Shown here: positions 1 through 11,189 of the stretch, piece by piece
Layout of the letters: every line of letters begins with the position of its first letter
Position numbering within the stretch: position 1 is the stretch's first letter
Assembly (NCBI RefSeq): GCF_001194135.2
Contig: NC_068982.1
Location: 26,493,694-26,547,214, forward strand
Direction: 5' to 3'
Length of the DNA stretch: 53,521 nucleotides
From: Octopus bimaculoides
Taxonomy: Eukaryota
Notes under the pieces: model-generated
Databases searched by the model: none
Told to the model about the DNA's origin: nothing
What the model saw: the letters and a program-made list of their open reading frames with translations, nothing else
Made by a program: the position numbers and the translations under genes

Positions 1-1039
1 TATATATATATATGTATATATATATGTGTGTGTGTGTATGTATGAATGTATGTATGTGTGTGTGTGTATATATATATACCACACCCACCCACATGCACAC
101 GCACATATATTTATATATGTATGTACATACACACACATACAAATTGATGCGATGTGTTTGTGTGTATGTGTTTATGTTTGTGTCTATTTGTTTTTGTATA
201 TTCTCTATGTGTCCTGAACGAATGCGTGCAAGCCTGAGAGTCGGAGTGTCGAGGAAACGACAAATTTAATCACCAACTTCAAAAGCATGCTACAATACTA
301 ACTGTACCTTTGAACATTTTCGACGAGGAGGACGAACAAATGACCGTTCTATTATTGTTCTTTTGTCCCCAACTGACACCAAATCCTGAATGATGAAAAT
401 CATTCCAGTTATTTACCTTCTCGACTTCATAAAGGTTTTGTTTTAAGATCGAAGAGAGTGTTAGAATTAGATTTAGTTGCTATTTTTAGCAGTCAATTAT
501 AGTGAGACACTGTGAACGCCGCGGTCAATAAGTTTAATATTGTGCTGACTCTGTTAGCTTCACCTTTTCTTTTTATAAGCATACAAAGCGATATTTAATC
601 TCCTACATACTTACACGCATTATCCGTTAAATATTTGCAAACACGCACCGAAACAAATACGAGTATATTCACCGCACCTATACAATAAACGTTACGCCCA
701 CGCGTACAATTTGAATCTCTTCAGCTATATTGAAATATCACTCCAGCTTTTATTAGTACAATACACCTAAATTGAAACAGATCAATTATCTCTTCACATC
801 CTCGCCTTTCCTTTGTTCAATGACTAGCCAACACCTGCCCATTACAAATGGTTTAGAAATGTCGTTATTGTTATTTCTCTTTCATAGTTTCCGGTTAACA
901 AGTTCCCTCACAGCACAATTGCTAGCATTGCTATGAAATAGGAGTTAAAGAAGGAAACCACGTCATGCTCTTCAGTATTTATTCACATAGATGATGAAAT
1001 AGTAGCCACTAATTGCATGTAGTCCTTAAACCTGACACG

Positions 1040-1165
1040 CTAGAAGAATAGGTATGCAACCTACCTGACGGTACTTTGTTACTACGTTCGAAGTTCAAAT
1101 TCTGCCGAGGTCATCTTTGCCTTTCATCCTTCTGGGCTTGATAAAATTCAAGTATCAATGAAATT
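1040..1165 (+). mobile_element. tRNA-derived SINE, family A (decayed)
   Basis: B-box-like GTTCAAATTC followed by GCCGAGGTCATCTTTGCCTTTCATCCTTC...GATAAA, shared with more than 10 other copies in the window. Confidence 0.75.
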
Positions 1166-3014
1166 CTGACTCGATACGATATAGTCAAGCACATCAATTC
1201 TTCGAATTTATAGCCTTGTTCCTATTTAAGAAATCAATATTAATTTCATATCTTGTTTTAATAAATCTTTCTATTCTTCAGGTCTCTACTCTTTCCGTTC
1301 CGTTAATTTCATATTATGAGATTATTTGTTTACGCTTTATATTTTCATATTTAAACATTCAATTCCTTTTTCTCACGTTTTAATTTGCTAAGTTATAATT
1401 ATAGAACGTGAAATCATTAATATAGCTCCGATTTTTGTTGTTATAACACTTGCAGTTGATTGATCCTCAGTCAGAATTCCATGAAAGGCGCTGACTTAAT
1501 TATTATTGAATTTGCATATCTGACTATTGGCATTTTGTATGCATTAGCGGATATACTGTCTTAAAATTTAGAACTAAAAATAATCACGTGGTATGCATTT
1601 TAATGGACAATATTTCTTTATATTTCGTCATGGTTTATTCATATAAAGAAAGATGAACACCATAATTTTTGTATGAGCCTTATCGGGGAGAGGGAATAGA
1701 AAGAAACTAAGACTCGTAAGTTGGCTGTTGCTGTAGGAAGCTGCATAGCAAGATACCTATTTATCCTCAGTTTGGAGACCTGATATGCATACCTGAAACA
1801 GAGCTAATTCCTCTAAATATAACCAAGGTAATGGTGTTAAACCAGTCGACAGAATAGATCTACCGCATAGTTAAGTCAGTCTTGACTGCTACATTTGCAA
1901 TTGCTGCTTGTGGTGATTGTGGGTAATGATGGGATTCGTTAGAATAAATCAGTATTTCTTAAAGCAGTATTTCTTAACCTGTACTTTACCCCTCCTTGTT
2001 GATATTGTAAACTCTCAAAGAGACGATAAATATTAAGTGGTGGGAGGGCACTACTGAAGTCTCTGGAGAAACTAATGGATTTTCTTAGAAATCTAATAAT
2101 TAAACCAAGTACTATATTTATATTTAAATATTTCCAAAAAATATTTTTGTCAGAATTAGAATATGTGCCAGATTGCTCTTAATGACTAATAAATATAAAC
2201 CCATCTTCGGAAGGAAGTAAATTTGCCGTTAGCATTTCCATTCCTCATACCTGACTGAGAAAGGGATCGGAGTAAGTGGCAGTGTTGTTAGCTAAACAGA
2301 GAAACCGATTACAAACATGTGAAAGGAAAATTTAGAGAATTTGGAAAATATAGATACCGATTATTTTAAATTAGCAAAATATCACCAACCACTAAGCAAC
2401 CATTGGTAAGTTTTCAAATTTCAAATATAAGGTTTGGAATATCATAATTTGTTAAATATCTAAGAATATTTTACGTTTGCTGTTGATTAAAGGCGTCCTG
2501 GTCATGTCCATTGTTTTTTTGTTTTTGTTTTTCTTATAGAAATATGCTATATATTACCATACATTAAACAAAGTGGTTGATTGTTTATTAAGAGATTACT
2601 ATCTAAATAGTATTCAATATATTTGATATTTGATGGATGAGTAGCAACCGTATAGAAACTCCTTCGTTAGTTCGATTTGTTTGGAGAAAAGTTTGAAGAT
2701 TCATAGAATCTATTTAGATTTTTATTGCTAACTATTGTATCTGACTGGAAAGACAAAATGTGAGCGGTTTGAAGCTACACAATCAAAATAAAACGCCGTA
2801 TATTTTACTTCTATCAGTTCAGTCTATGTCTGTTATTATCATTATGAAACAACATAAAAGTTTGCTTAAATGAATATTACTAATATGGTGGAATTAAAAA
2901 TAAAAAGAAGAGAACTGGGTTTTACGCATGCTCCTATCTACACACACACACACAAACACAAAGTTAAACTCGCTGCATATATACACACGTATGTATACAA
3001 AAAACATATCATAC

Positions 3015-3055
<41 letters not shown>

Positions 3056-3289
3056 TGTGTGTGCGTGCGTGTGCGTGTGTGTGTGGTATGTATAACTGTG
3101 TATGTGCATCTCTACGCGTGGGTGTGTGCGCGTACGAGCAATATATATATGTATATATATATACACGCATGTGTGTGTGCACGCGCGTATGTGTGCATGC
3201 GTGTGTATGCGTGGAAAGTGCACACCCATTAATGGATATTGCTTATAAAATGTTACTCATTGTATACCAAATCGACATTTCTTATCTAC

Positions 3290-3545
3290 TAGGTCTAGTG
3301 GTAAAGGTATTGGATTCCCGATCGTAATGTTGTGATTTCGATACCCACATCGGATCGTGTGTCGTTTTCTTCAGCAATGCACTTCATTTCACGTTGCTCC
3401 TATCACCTGAGTTGGAAATGTCAGCCAACAGCAGCTGGGGATTTCACCGGCGATGGATGGAATCGCCTTCAGGAAGGTGAGGTCACTATTCTATTCTCAG
3501 TCGCTTATACGCCATGGAGACATAAGGGGCATGTAGCCTTATTAA
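3290..3545 (+). mobile_element. tRNA-derived SINE, family E
   Basis: A-box-like GGTCTAGTGG and B-box-like ATTTCGATACC head, then CACTTCATTTCACGTTGCTCC, which recurs inverted near 34945-34965. Confidence 0.7.
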
Positions 3546-3760
3546 CAGATTTGAAGCCTAAGATGAATTTCGTACGTGAAAAGGAAAATGCAAACCAAGA
3601 CCAAATATATATAACCATTGGGTTCAACGATGAATGTTCCACTCGCTCTATAAAGCGGAACTGTTTGACTCATTCAATTCTCCAACGATTCGGCTATCGC
3701 TGCACTTAATACACTCGCACATATACAAACTCACACACATACAAACTCACAGATACTCAG

Positions 3761-3791
<31 letters not shown>

Positions 3792-3847
3792 TGTATTCAT
3801 ATATGCATAAAGTTTAAAGAAAGTGAGAGAGAAAGAGAAAAAGATGC

Positions 3848-3926
<79 letters not shown>

Positions 3927-4290
3927 CACAAATACACACATATATGTACGTACATACATACATACATTCATACATACATACATACATATAGGCATGTACA
4001 TAGGTGTGTTCATATTAACAATTGCCATAAAGGCATATACGGCAATCAGTGTTAGCGATTGCGTAATTCAATGTCTATATACAACATAAATAGATAATTT
4101 TCCTTATACCTCTATACTACACACTTCGATGAAGGAAGACACCTGCGCTGACAAACCAATTCTCGCTAAAACAATGGTCGTTTGCTCCCACAGATTCTAT
4201 TAGGGTGAATTAAAATAACAAAAGGCATTAAATTTGTATTATAAATGTGCGAATTTACACACAGAATAGACATCTAGACATGCAGGTTAT

Positions 4291-4326
<36 letters not shown>

Positions 4327-4545
4327 NNNNNNNNNNNNNNNNNNNNNNNNNNNNNNNNNNNNNNNNNNNNNNNNNNNNNNNNNNNNNNNNNNNNNNNNNN
4401 NNNNNNNNNNNNNNNNNNNNNNNNNNNNNNNNNNNNNNNNNNNNNNNNNNNNNNNNNNNNNNNNNNNNNNNNNNNNNNNNNNNNNNNNNNNNNNNNNNNN
4501 NNNNNNNNNNNNATATTACATTAATCTTAATCTCAATCTTATTTC

Positions 4546-4590
4546 GGCCAGAGTTCTTTCGTCACACTTCTGTGACCTCATCAGTGGTCC
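4546..4590 (-). ncRNA. Minimal type I hammerhead ribozyme motif (Penelope-like-element type)
   Basis: Minus strand reads GGACCA-CUGAUGA-G-GUCACA-GAAG-UGUGAC-GAAA-G-AA-C-UC-UGGCC: intact core, 6-bp stem II, 2-bp stem III, CUC triplet, stem I CCA/UGG plus GG/CC. Confidence 0.7.
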
Positions 4591-4639
4591 TTTGTTTCCT
4601 TCTTTCTTATGTGTGTCTCACCTTGCTAACTATCAGCCA

Positions 4640-4674
<35 letters not shown>

Positions 4675-4784
4675 TTATAATAATTTTCCCAGAGGATGTA
4701 GCAACCGTTACCAATATAGCATAATAACTTACCTTAGGAGATCATTAATTAGATTCCTTAAGGGTCGTTCTCACAGTTTATATT

Positions 4785-4938
4785 TATATCATAAGGTTTT
4801 TAAACTTTTAAATTTTCATATTCAAAAGAGACAGAGACTTCAAATTCGATATATCGATTTATTCACCACTCTATGTTAACATTTCTGTGCCAAACTTTTG
4901 AATATGAAAATTTAAAAGTTTAAAAACCTTATGATATA
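4785..4938. mobile_element. MITE-like element with perfect 44-bp inverted repeats
   Basis: 4785-4828 is the exact reverse complement of 4895-4938; 66-bp spacer; TA-rich ends. Confidence 0.75.
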
Positions 4939-5029
4939 TATATATATTTATATATATATATATACAGGTGTGTGTATGTGTGTCTGTGCGTGTATTTACA
5001 CAGTATATGTGTCTCTGTGTGTGCGCGCT

Positions 5030-5190
5030 TTTCTTCCGGCATTACTTTCTGAGTTCAAATGTCGTCAAGATTGACTTTGACTTTCATCTTTTCGGGGTCA
5101 TAAAATAATTATCAGTGAAGCACTGACGCTAATGCAATCAATTAGGCTCTCTCCATAAAATTTCAGACCTTGTACCGATAGTAAGAATAA
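5030..5190 (+). mobile_element. SINE family A (decayed)
   Basis: TTCTGAGTTCAAATGTCG...GACTTTCATCTTTTCGGGGTCATAAAA matches the family A body. Confidence 0.75.
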
Positions 5191-5224
5191 AAAGAGCATT
5201 GTTATACTGAATGGTTCTTACTAC

Positions 5225-5335
5225 CACATATAGTCACGACAGACAGAACGGATGCGGTCGAAGCCGAAAATTTGAGTTTATGGAACACAGACGCAATACT
5301 CTTATATCACCTAATGAACCACAAGATGCAACAAT
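5225..5335 (+). repeat. Fragment of the repeat also present at about 31520-31600
   Basis: CACGACAGACAGAACGGATGCG...TATATCACCT aligns by eye with CACGACAGACAGAAAGGATGCG...TATATCACCT. Confidence 0.7.
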
Positions 5336-6142
5336 AGAAAAAGTAGTGTACTTTACTGGTTTTATTCCCCATTTTTTTCTTTTATATTTAATCGACTTTT
5401 TAACTTCTGAGCTGTGAATTACTCCAATACTTATTCTCATTTCCATACCACCCTCCGATTACCTTTCACACCCACACTTTTGCAGTTTTATGAGCATTAT
5501 TTTTACAAGTGGTCTTTATTAAGATTTTGACAGTTCGCCAGATGAATCCACGACATGTCATAATTTTGGACAGTTTCTTTAATATCATTTAAATCTCACA
5601 CACACACATGTAACTATATTTATTTACACACAAAAATATACATATACATTCATATATTTACACACACACACACACTCACATACATATCTTCATATATATA
5701 TATATATATATANNNNNNNNNNNNNNNNNNNNNNNNNNNNNNNNNNNNNNNNNNNNNNNNNNNNNNNNNNNNNNNNNNNNNNNNNNNNNNNNNNNNNNNN
5801 NNNNNNNNNNNNNNNNNNNNNNNNNNNNNNNNNNNNNNNNNNNNNNNNNNNNNNNNNNNNNNNNNNNNNNNNNNNNNNNNNNNNNNNNNNNNNNNNNNNN
5901 NTATATATATGTATGTATATTTACATATACATATATAATATACATATATATGCACACTTATATGTATGTGTGTGTGAATGCGTGTGTGTGTGTGTGAGAG
6001 AGAGAGAGTACGTGCGTGTGTGTATGTGCGCATGTGTAATGACTTTGCGAATGAAGATTCGTGATGGATGCTGTCTATGATGACAGCAAGCATACTACTG
6101 ATTAAAGAGGGCAGGACGGAAATTGTGGGGAAGCTTGTCGTA

Positions 6143-6199
<57 letters not shown>

Positions 6200-6559
6200 A
6201 TGTTTGGTGCATGTATTCAAGTATCTGTTCGCTAAATAACTTATATCCGATTATTTATATCAGTATTATAGGAACCAAAGTATGGTTTTTGATGAAGTAA
6301 CCATGATTTCATTCTTCTTCATTTTCTCAGAAATTTATTATATTCTATATTTATGAACTGGTAATTCCAAATACTCCAACCATATCACAGGGATAATGGA
6401 GTTAGAAAATTGAAAGACAGAAGAAATAAATAATACCCATGAGAGTCTTCCCAACTGTATCTATTTTAAGAGGTCACTTGTACTTTAGAAATTAAGTAGC
6501 GGTTGATCAGGGCAAAAACTAAATTATGCAAGGTAGAATCTTTTTTGAAGTAACTCAAG

Positions 6560-6995
6560 TATTAACATCCAAAGCGTGGGTGTCTCTCTCAGCAGTGCCT
6601 TGGGAAAGTATTCAACACTATTCAACTCTATAGCCAGTGACCAACCAAGGTCTTGTGTGTGAATCTGATATATATATGTGCGTGTGCGTCTGCCTGTGTG
6701 TGTGTGCGTGCGTGTATATGCATATGTGTGTGCGTGTGCGTGTGTATACGTGTGTGCGTGTGAATGTGTGTGAGCGTGTGTGCGTGTGTGTGTTTCTTTG
6801 TGTTGGATTTGTTTCCAATCACACCTTGACGACCGGTGCTGGTCTATGTCTCCGTATCGTAGGTTTTCATCAAAAGCAATCGATACAATAACTACCAGGC
6901 TTTCCAAAAATTAGCACCGAAGTCGATTTTTTCCGCTAAACCCTTCTTGACGGTACCTAAGCATAGCTGCAATCCAATTAATGAAACAAGTAAAA
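6560..6995 (+). mobile_element. Composite SINE: family C head + internal (TG)n-rich microsatellite + family B tail
   Basis: CORE-like GCCTTGGGAAAG...GACCAACCAAGGTCTTGTG head, TG-rich tract about 6670-6795, tail ending GAAACAAGTAAAA; same layout at 50225-50800. Confidence 0.6.
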
Positions 6996-7894
6996 TCGTT
7001 TAAGTCCCAGATCTGTTGTACCCTCTCTTGGTTAAATAAATTCTTGGCCATTAAGATTAACATGAAATGAGTCAATGGTTGTTGCGCTTTTGAACAAAAG
7101 ATCGAAATTAGTCAATTAATGCAAAAACTTCTGTAGATATTTGTTAATGAATATCCAAATACTATCAACCAGGAATTGTTTATTAAACGCATCATTTTTT
7201 TTTTTTTTCGCTTTGCATATTTCAAAATATAGTCATATAATGATAGGGAAGAAAAATGAACATTTAATTACTCATTAATAATAGCCGCATTGTTTTTACT
7301 TATATTTATTTTTACACTACTTTCCTACTTAATCGTATAAATAATCGGCAACAGCAAACTCAGAGCTATGGTCCAAGGAGGTTTACCTTGTAATAAACTG
7401 TACACACTTTAGGTGTAGTGTTGAATACTGATTTATACGTTTATAAACACAAATGTTCGCCAGCTCTTACATACATATTTGTGCATCGCTTTCTCTCCAG
7501 CTCAATCTCCTACTCACTCCCCCTCTCTTTCTCCATACATANNNNNNNNNNNNNNNNNNNNNNNNNNNNNNNNNNNNNNNNNNNNNNNNNNNNNNNNNNN
7601 NNNNNNNNNNNNNNNNNNNNNNNNNNNNNNNNNNNNNNNNNNNNNNNNNNNNNNNNNNNNNNNNNNNNNNNNNNNNNNNNNNNNNNNNNNNNNNNNNNNN
7701 NNNNNNNNNNNNNNNNNNNNNNNNNNNNNNNNNNNNNNNNNNNNNNNNNNNNNNNNNNNNNNNNNNNNNNNNNNNNNNNNNNNNNNNNNNNNNNNNNNNN
7801 NNNNNNNNNNNNNNNNNNNNNNNNNNNNNNNNNNNNNNNNNNNNNNNNNNNNNNNNNNNNNNNNNNNNNNNNNNNNNNNNNNNNNNNNNNNNNN

Positions 7895-7929
<35 letters not shown>

Positions 7930-8964
7930 TAGATAGATAGATATAGATATATATATATATATATAGGTGTATATATATAGTAAGTATAAATTATATATAT
8001 GCGCACACACTCACATATAGAGGGAGAAAGAAAAAGTGATAAAGTTTGTATGTGTGTGTGTGTTTAAACAGAGAAAGCAAAAGAGATATACGAGCGAGAA
8101 ATTTATACACACAATAATGTAGAGACAGAGAGAGAAAAAGAAAGACTGTAAAAGGAATCATACTTAGAGAGAGACAGACAGACAGAGACAGGGACGAACA
8201 GACAGACAGACAGACAGAAAGAAAGAAAGAGAGAGAGAGAGAGAATGTACGATGAAAGCCTAAAGCTCCTTTGAAATTTTTGGCATGAGTAACAATTCAA
8301 TTTAGTACGAATAAAATTTCTATTGGTCAATGACGTAAAAGCTGGTCGTTTGGCGTCAGTGGCGGTCAAATGACATATTACATTTCGCAAGCTTAATGAT
8401 GTAAATTATTAATTGCCTATCGAGGAAGTGTAACTTTTGTAATAGACTGTAATTACATGACGTTTATCATTATTCGTTCATCTGTATATTAATACAGAGT
8501 GTAGTGGTCGGCGGTGGCCACTGGAAATTGAAAATGATGTGTTTCCATCCGGTTTGAAGACTTTTAGAAGGAAAGTACTTTCCTTCAAATAAATTGAAGT
8601 TCCCGGCAATGTAAATGTTGTCTTCATTTTTTGATGTGATATTAGTGGTTGTTTTTCTTTGTTTGTGGTTATTTAGCCCGAGGACAGGCTTCATATAACA
8701 GGTTTTACGTAGCGCTAAGATTTCATAATCTTATACGTCTTTGCTTTTCTTTTTTCCTCTGACGCTAGTGGGTTATTTGAGGGAGATATGGCTACAAATT
8801 CTATTAGGTCAACGACCGCATGAAATGTTTCGTTTTCTTTTATTTACATTTGTTTGTCAGAGAATGGAACATATCAATGCTAACATTATGTTGTAGGGAG
8901 GTAACAGAAGTAACTTTCTCAATCTTATCCAACAATGATGACATGAAATAATAACAATGATAAT

Positions 8965-9182
8965 GATGGTTTCAAATTTTAGCACAAGGCCAGCAGGTTT
9001 GGGGAAAGGGTTAAATTGATTACATCGGCACCAGTGTTCAACTGCTACTTATTTTATCGACCCTGAAATGATGAAAAGCAAAGTCGACCTCGGCGGAATT
9101 TGGACTCGGAATGTAGAGACGAACGAAATATTGTTGAGCATTTTGTCTTACACGTTAGCGATTTCGGTACCTTGTCGCCCTT
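8965..9182 (-). mobile_element. SINE family A
   Basis: TTATCGACCCTGAAATGATGAAAAGCAAAGTCGACCTCGGCGGAATTTG; (AAT)-like tail remnant on the left. Confidence 0.85.
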
Positions 9183-9859
9183 ATGAGAGATGTAGAGGTT
9201 ATGGAGCATCTTTCGCTCCATAGCTACGTTAATAGTCTGTAAGCCAATGATTCAGTAGTCGAAAGACAGGCGATTTTCTTTTGTCATTTTTTCCTTTTTT
9301 TCTTTTTTGTTTTCGTGTTGTATATACGTTTTACTTGGTTTACACCTTTTCCTCTGTTAGATTAACTTAGTTTAAATTTTCTTTTTACTATGGTCTAATT
9401 GCCTTGCAACTGCGGGATTATACTTAACGTTATAGCAACAACCGATCCTCGTACTGAAGAGTTGGATGATTCTCTGGTTCTACTGAAATCCGAGAATGGT
9501 GATACCGACGTTGCTACTACAGAATTAAACCACAGAATTTGTTGCAATTGTCAGTTATTCTGTTGTATTATTTCTTACTTACTGTCAAGTCTTCTTAAGG
9601 TAGGAAGGGGTGGTGTTCGGCCACTGGTTTCCAAGACCCGGCATGATATAAACTTTAACTATAAACTCCAGAAATCTGGCCGATCATGCTCTGGCGATGG
9701 GTATTCTGCCATACCCATTCCTCATTGTTTTCTTCTCTATATCTATAAGGCAAACGGTCCACTTACTACAATTATAATGCGAGTCTCACATCGTTTGCAT
9801 AAGACGACAACTCAAGTGTCAAATCTCATTCCATTTTGCCCGGCATGCTAACGATTCCT

Positions 9860-10070
9860 GGCAGAATCGTTAGCGGGCAAAGTAAAATGCTTCGAAACAT
9901 TCCGCTCGTCTTTACGCTTTGAGTTCAAATTCCACTTTTCAGATTTTCTGGGTCGATAAGAGAAGTACCGGCTGAGCACTGGAGTCGGTGGGATTGTGTT
10001 ATCCCTTCCTCCGAAATCGTTGGCACTGTGCCAAAGCTTGAAACCAATATTTCTAATCATTAACCGCGTA
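9860..10070 (+). mobile_element. SINE family A with small internal deletion and a fold-back at its 5' end
   Basis: GGCAGAATCGTTAGC head, TGAGTTCAAATTCC B-box, GGGTCGATAAG core. Confidence 0.8.
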
Positions 10071-10669
10071 TTTCTGCGCATTTTCTTACCTTATTCTCAG
10101 TTTTAAGTACCAGGTGTAATTTTCCGCATGCCCAACCCCGTCGATGGAATTCACAACCTGGTATACATTCGCCAAGATTTCTTCCAACAATTTAGTCGAA
10201 TGCACATGCTAAGTCCCTATCCTGGATTAATTTTTGGGGCAAAGGCGTACAATCTTTTGTGACATATTTCGTTTAATCCTTCTTTTTCTTAAAATGATGA
10301 TTCAATTCTGATCGACAACGCCTTCAAAAAATGGGATTCAATTGTTGGCTGTGTTGCTCTTACACTTAACACTACTATTTTTTTGCATTTGAACTAATGT
10401 CTGAAACAATTAGTGATGCAATGTGTCTTCCATGTACCGTTGTAATTATTTAAGCTTAAAACTCCTTCAGTAGGCGTGGTTTTATTGTCATTGTTTATGC
10501 TTTAAAATTCCGTATTTCCGTTTGAAAATCACTCAGGGCTTATTTCTTTATGTCATTACCAGTCACCATTTTGATGGATGACCAACTTTTTATTCGACTT
10601 CTGGACCTCTTTAAATCCCAAATAACAAACCGCCTGGCTATTTGCCAAAAATATATAAACTTATGACAA

Positions 10670-10671
<2 letters not shown>

Positions 10672-10710
<39 letters not shown>

Positions 10711-10928
10711 AGATTCTTTCTATTACAAGCATAAGGCCTAAAATTCGGTGGAGGGGGACAGTCGACCACATCGACCACCAGTGCTTCACTAGTACTTAAT
10801 TTATCGACCCCGAAAGCATGGAAGGCAAAGTCAACCTTGACAGAATTTGAACTCAGAACGTAAAAACAGACGAAATGCCGCTAAGCATTTTGCTCGGTGT
10901 ACTAACGATTCTGCCAGCTCGCCGCCTT
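10672..10928 (-). mobile_element. SINE family A, near full length with (ATT)n tail
   Basis: TTTATCGACCCCGAAAGCATGGAAGGCAAAGTC...GAATTTGAACTCAGAACG...CTGCCAGCTCGCCGCC; (AAT)n at about 10672-10707 is its 3' tail. Confidence 0.9.
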
Positions 10929-10939
10929 AAAAATAATAA

Positions 10940-11174
10940 AATTATTATTATTAATATTATTATTTCAAAGTTTTTCCACAAGGGCAGCTTGGTGGAAGTC
11001 AGGATGAGTCGATTACATTGACTCCAGTGTTCAACTGGTACCTAATTTATCGACTTCGAAAGGATGAAAAGCAAAGTTGACCTCAGCGGAATTTGAACCC
11101 AGAACGTAGCGACAGGCGAAATACTGCTGAGCATTTCGCTCGGCGTGTTAACGATTCTGCCAGTTCACCGTCTT
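10940..11174 (-). mobile_element. SINE family A, tandem with the previous copy
   Basis: Same body (TTTATCGACTTCGAAAGGATGAAAAGCAAAGTTGACCTCAGCGGAATTTGAAC). Confidence 0.9.
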
Positions 11175-11189
11175 ACTAATAATGATTGG

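Noticed and set aside
2277-2293. TGGCAGTGTTGTTAGCT resembles the 5' part of miR-34
   Set aside because: The 3' end diverges and there is no complementary arm within hairpin distance.
9399-9851. 150-aa plus-strand ORF
   Set aside because: TTG start, no recognisable domain, runs into a SINE; faint LINE-like hints on the minus strand were too weak to call.
10080-10620. Possible decayed DNA-transposon or Helitron helicase fragment
   Set aside because: Only vague motif resemblance, with stops in the frames tried; needs an HMM search.
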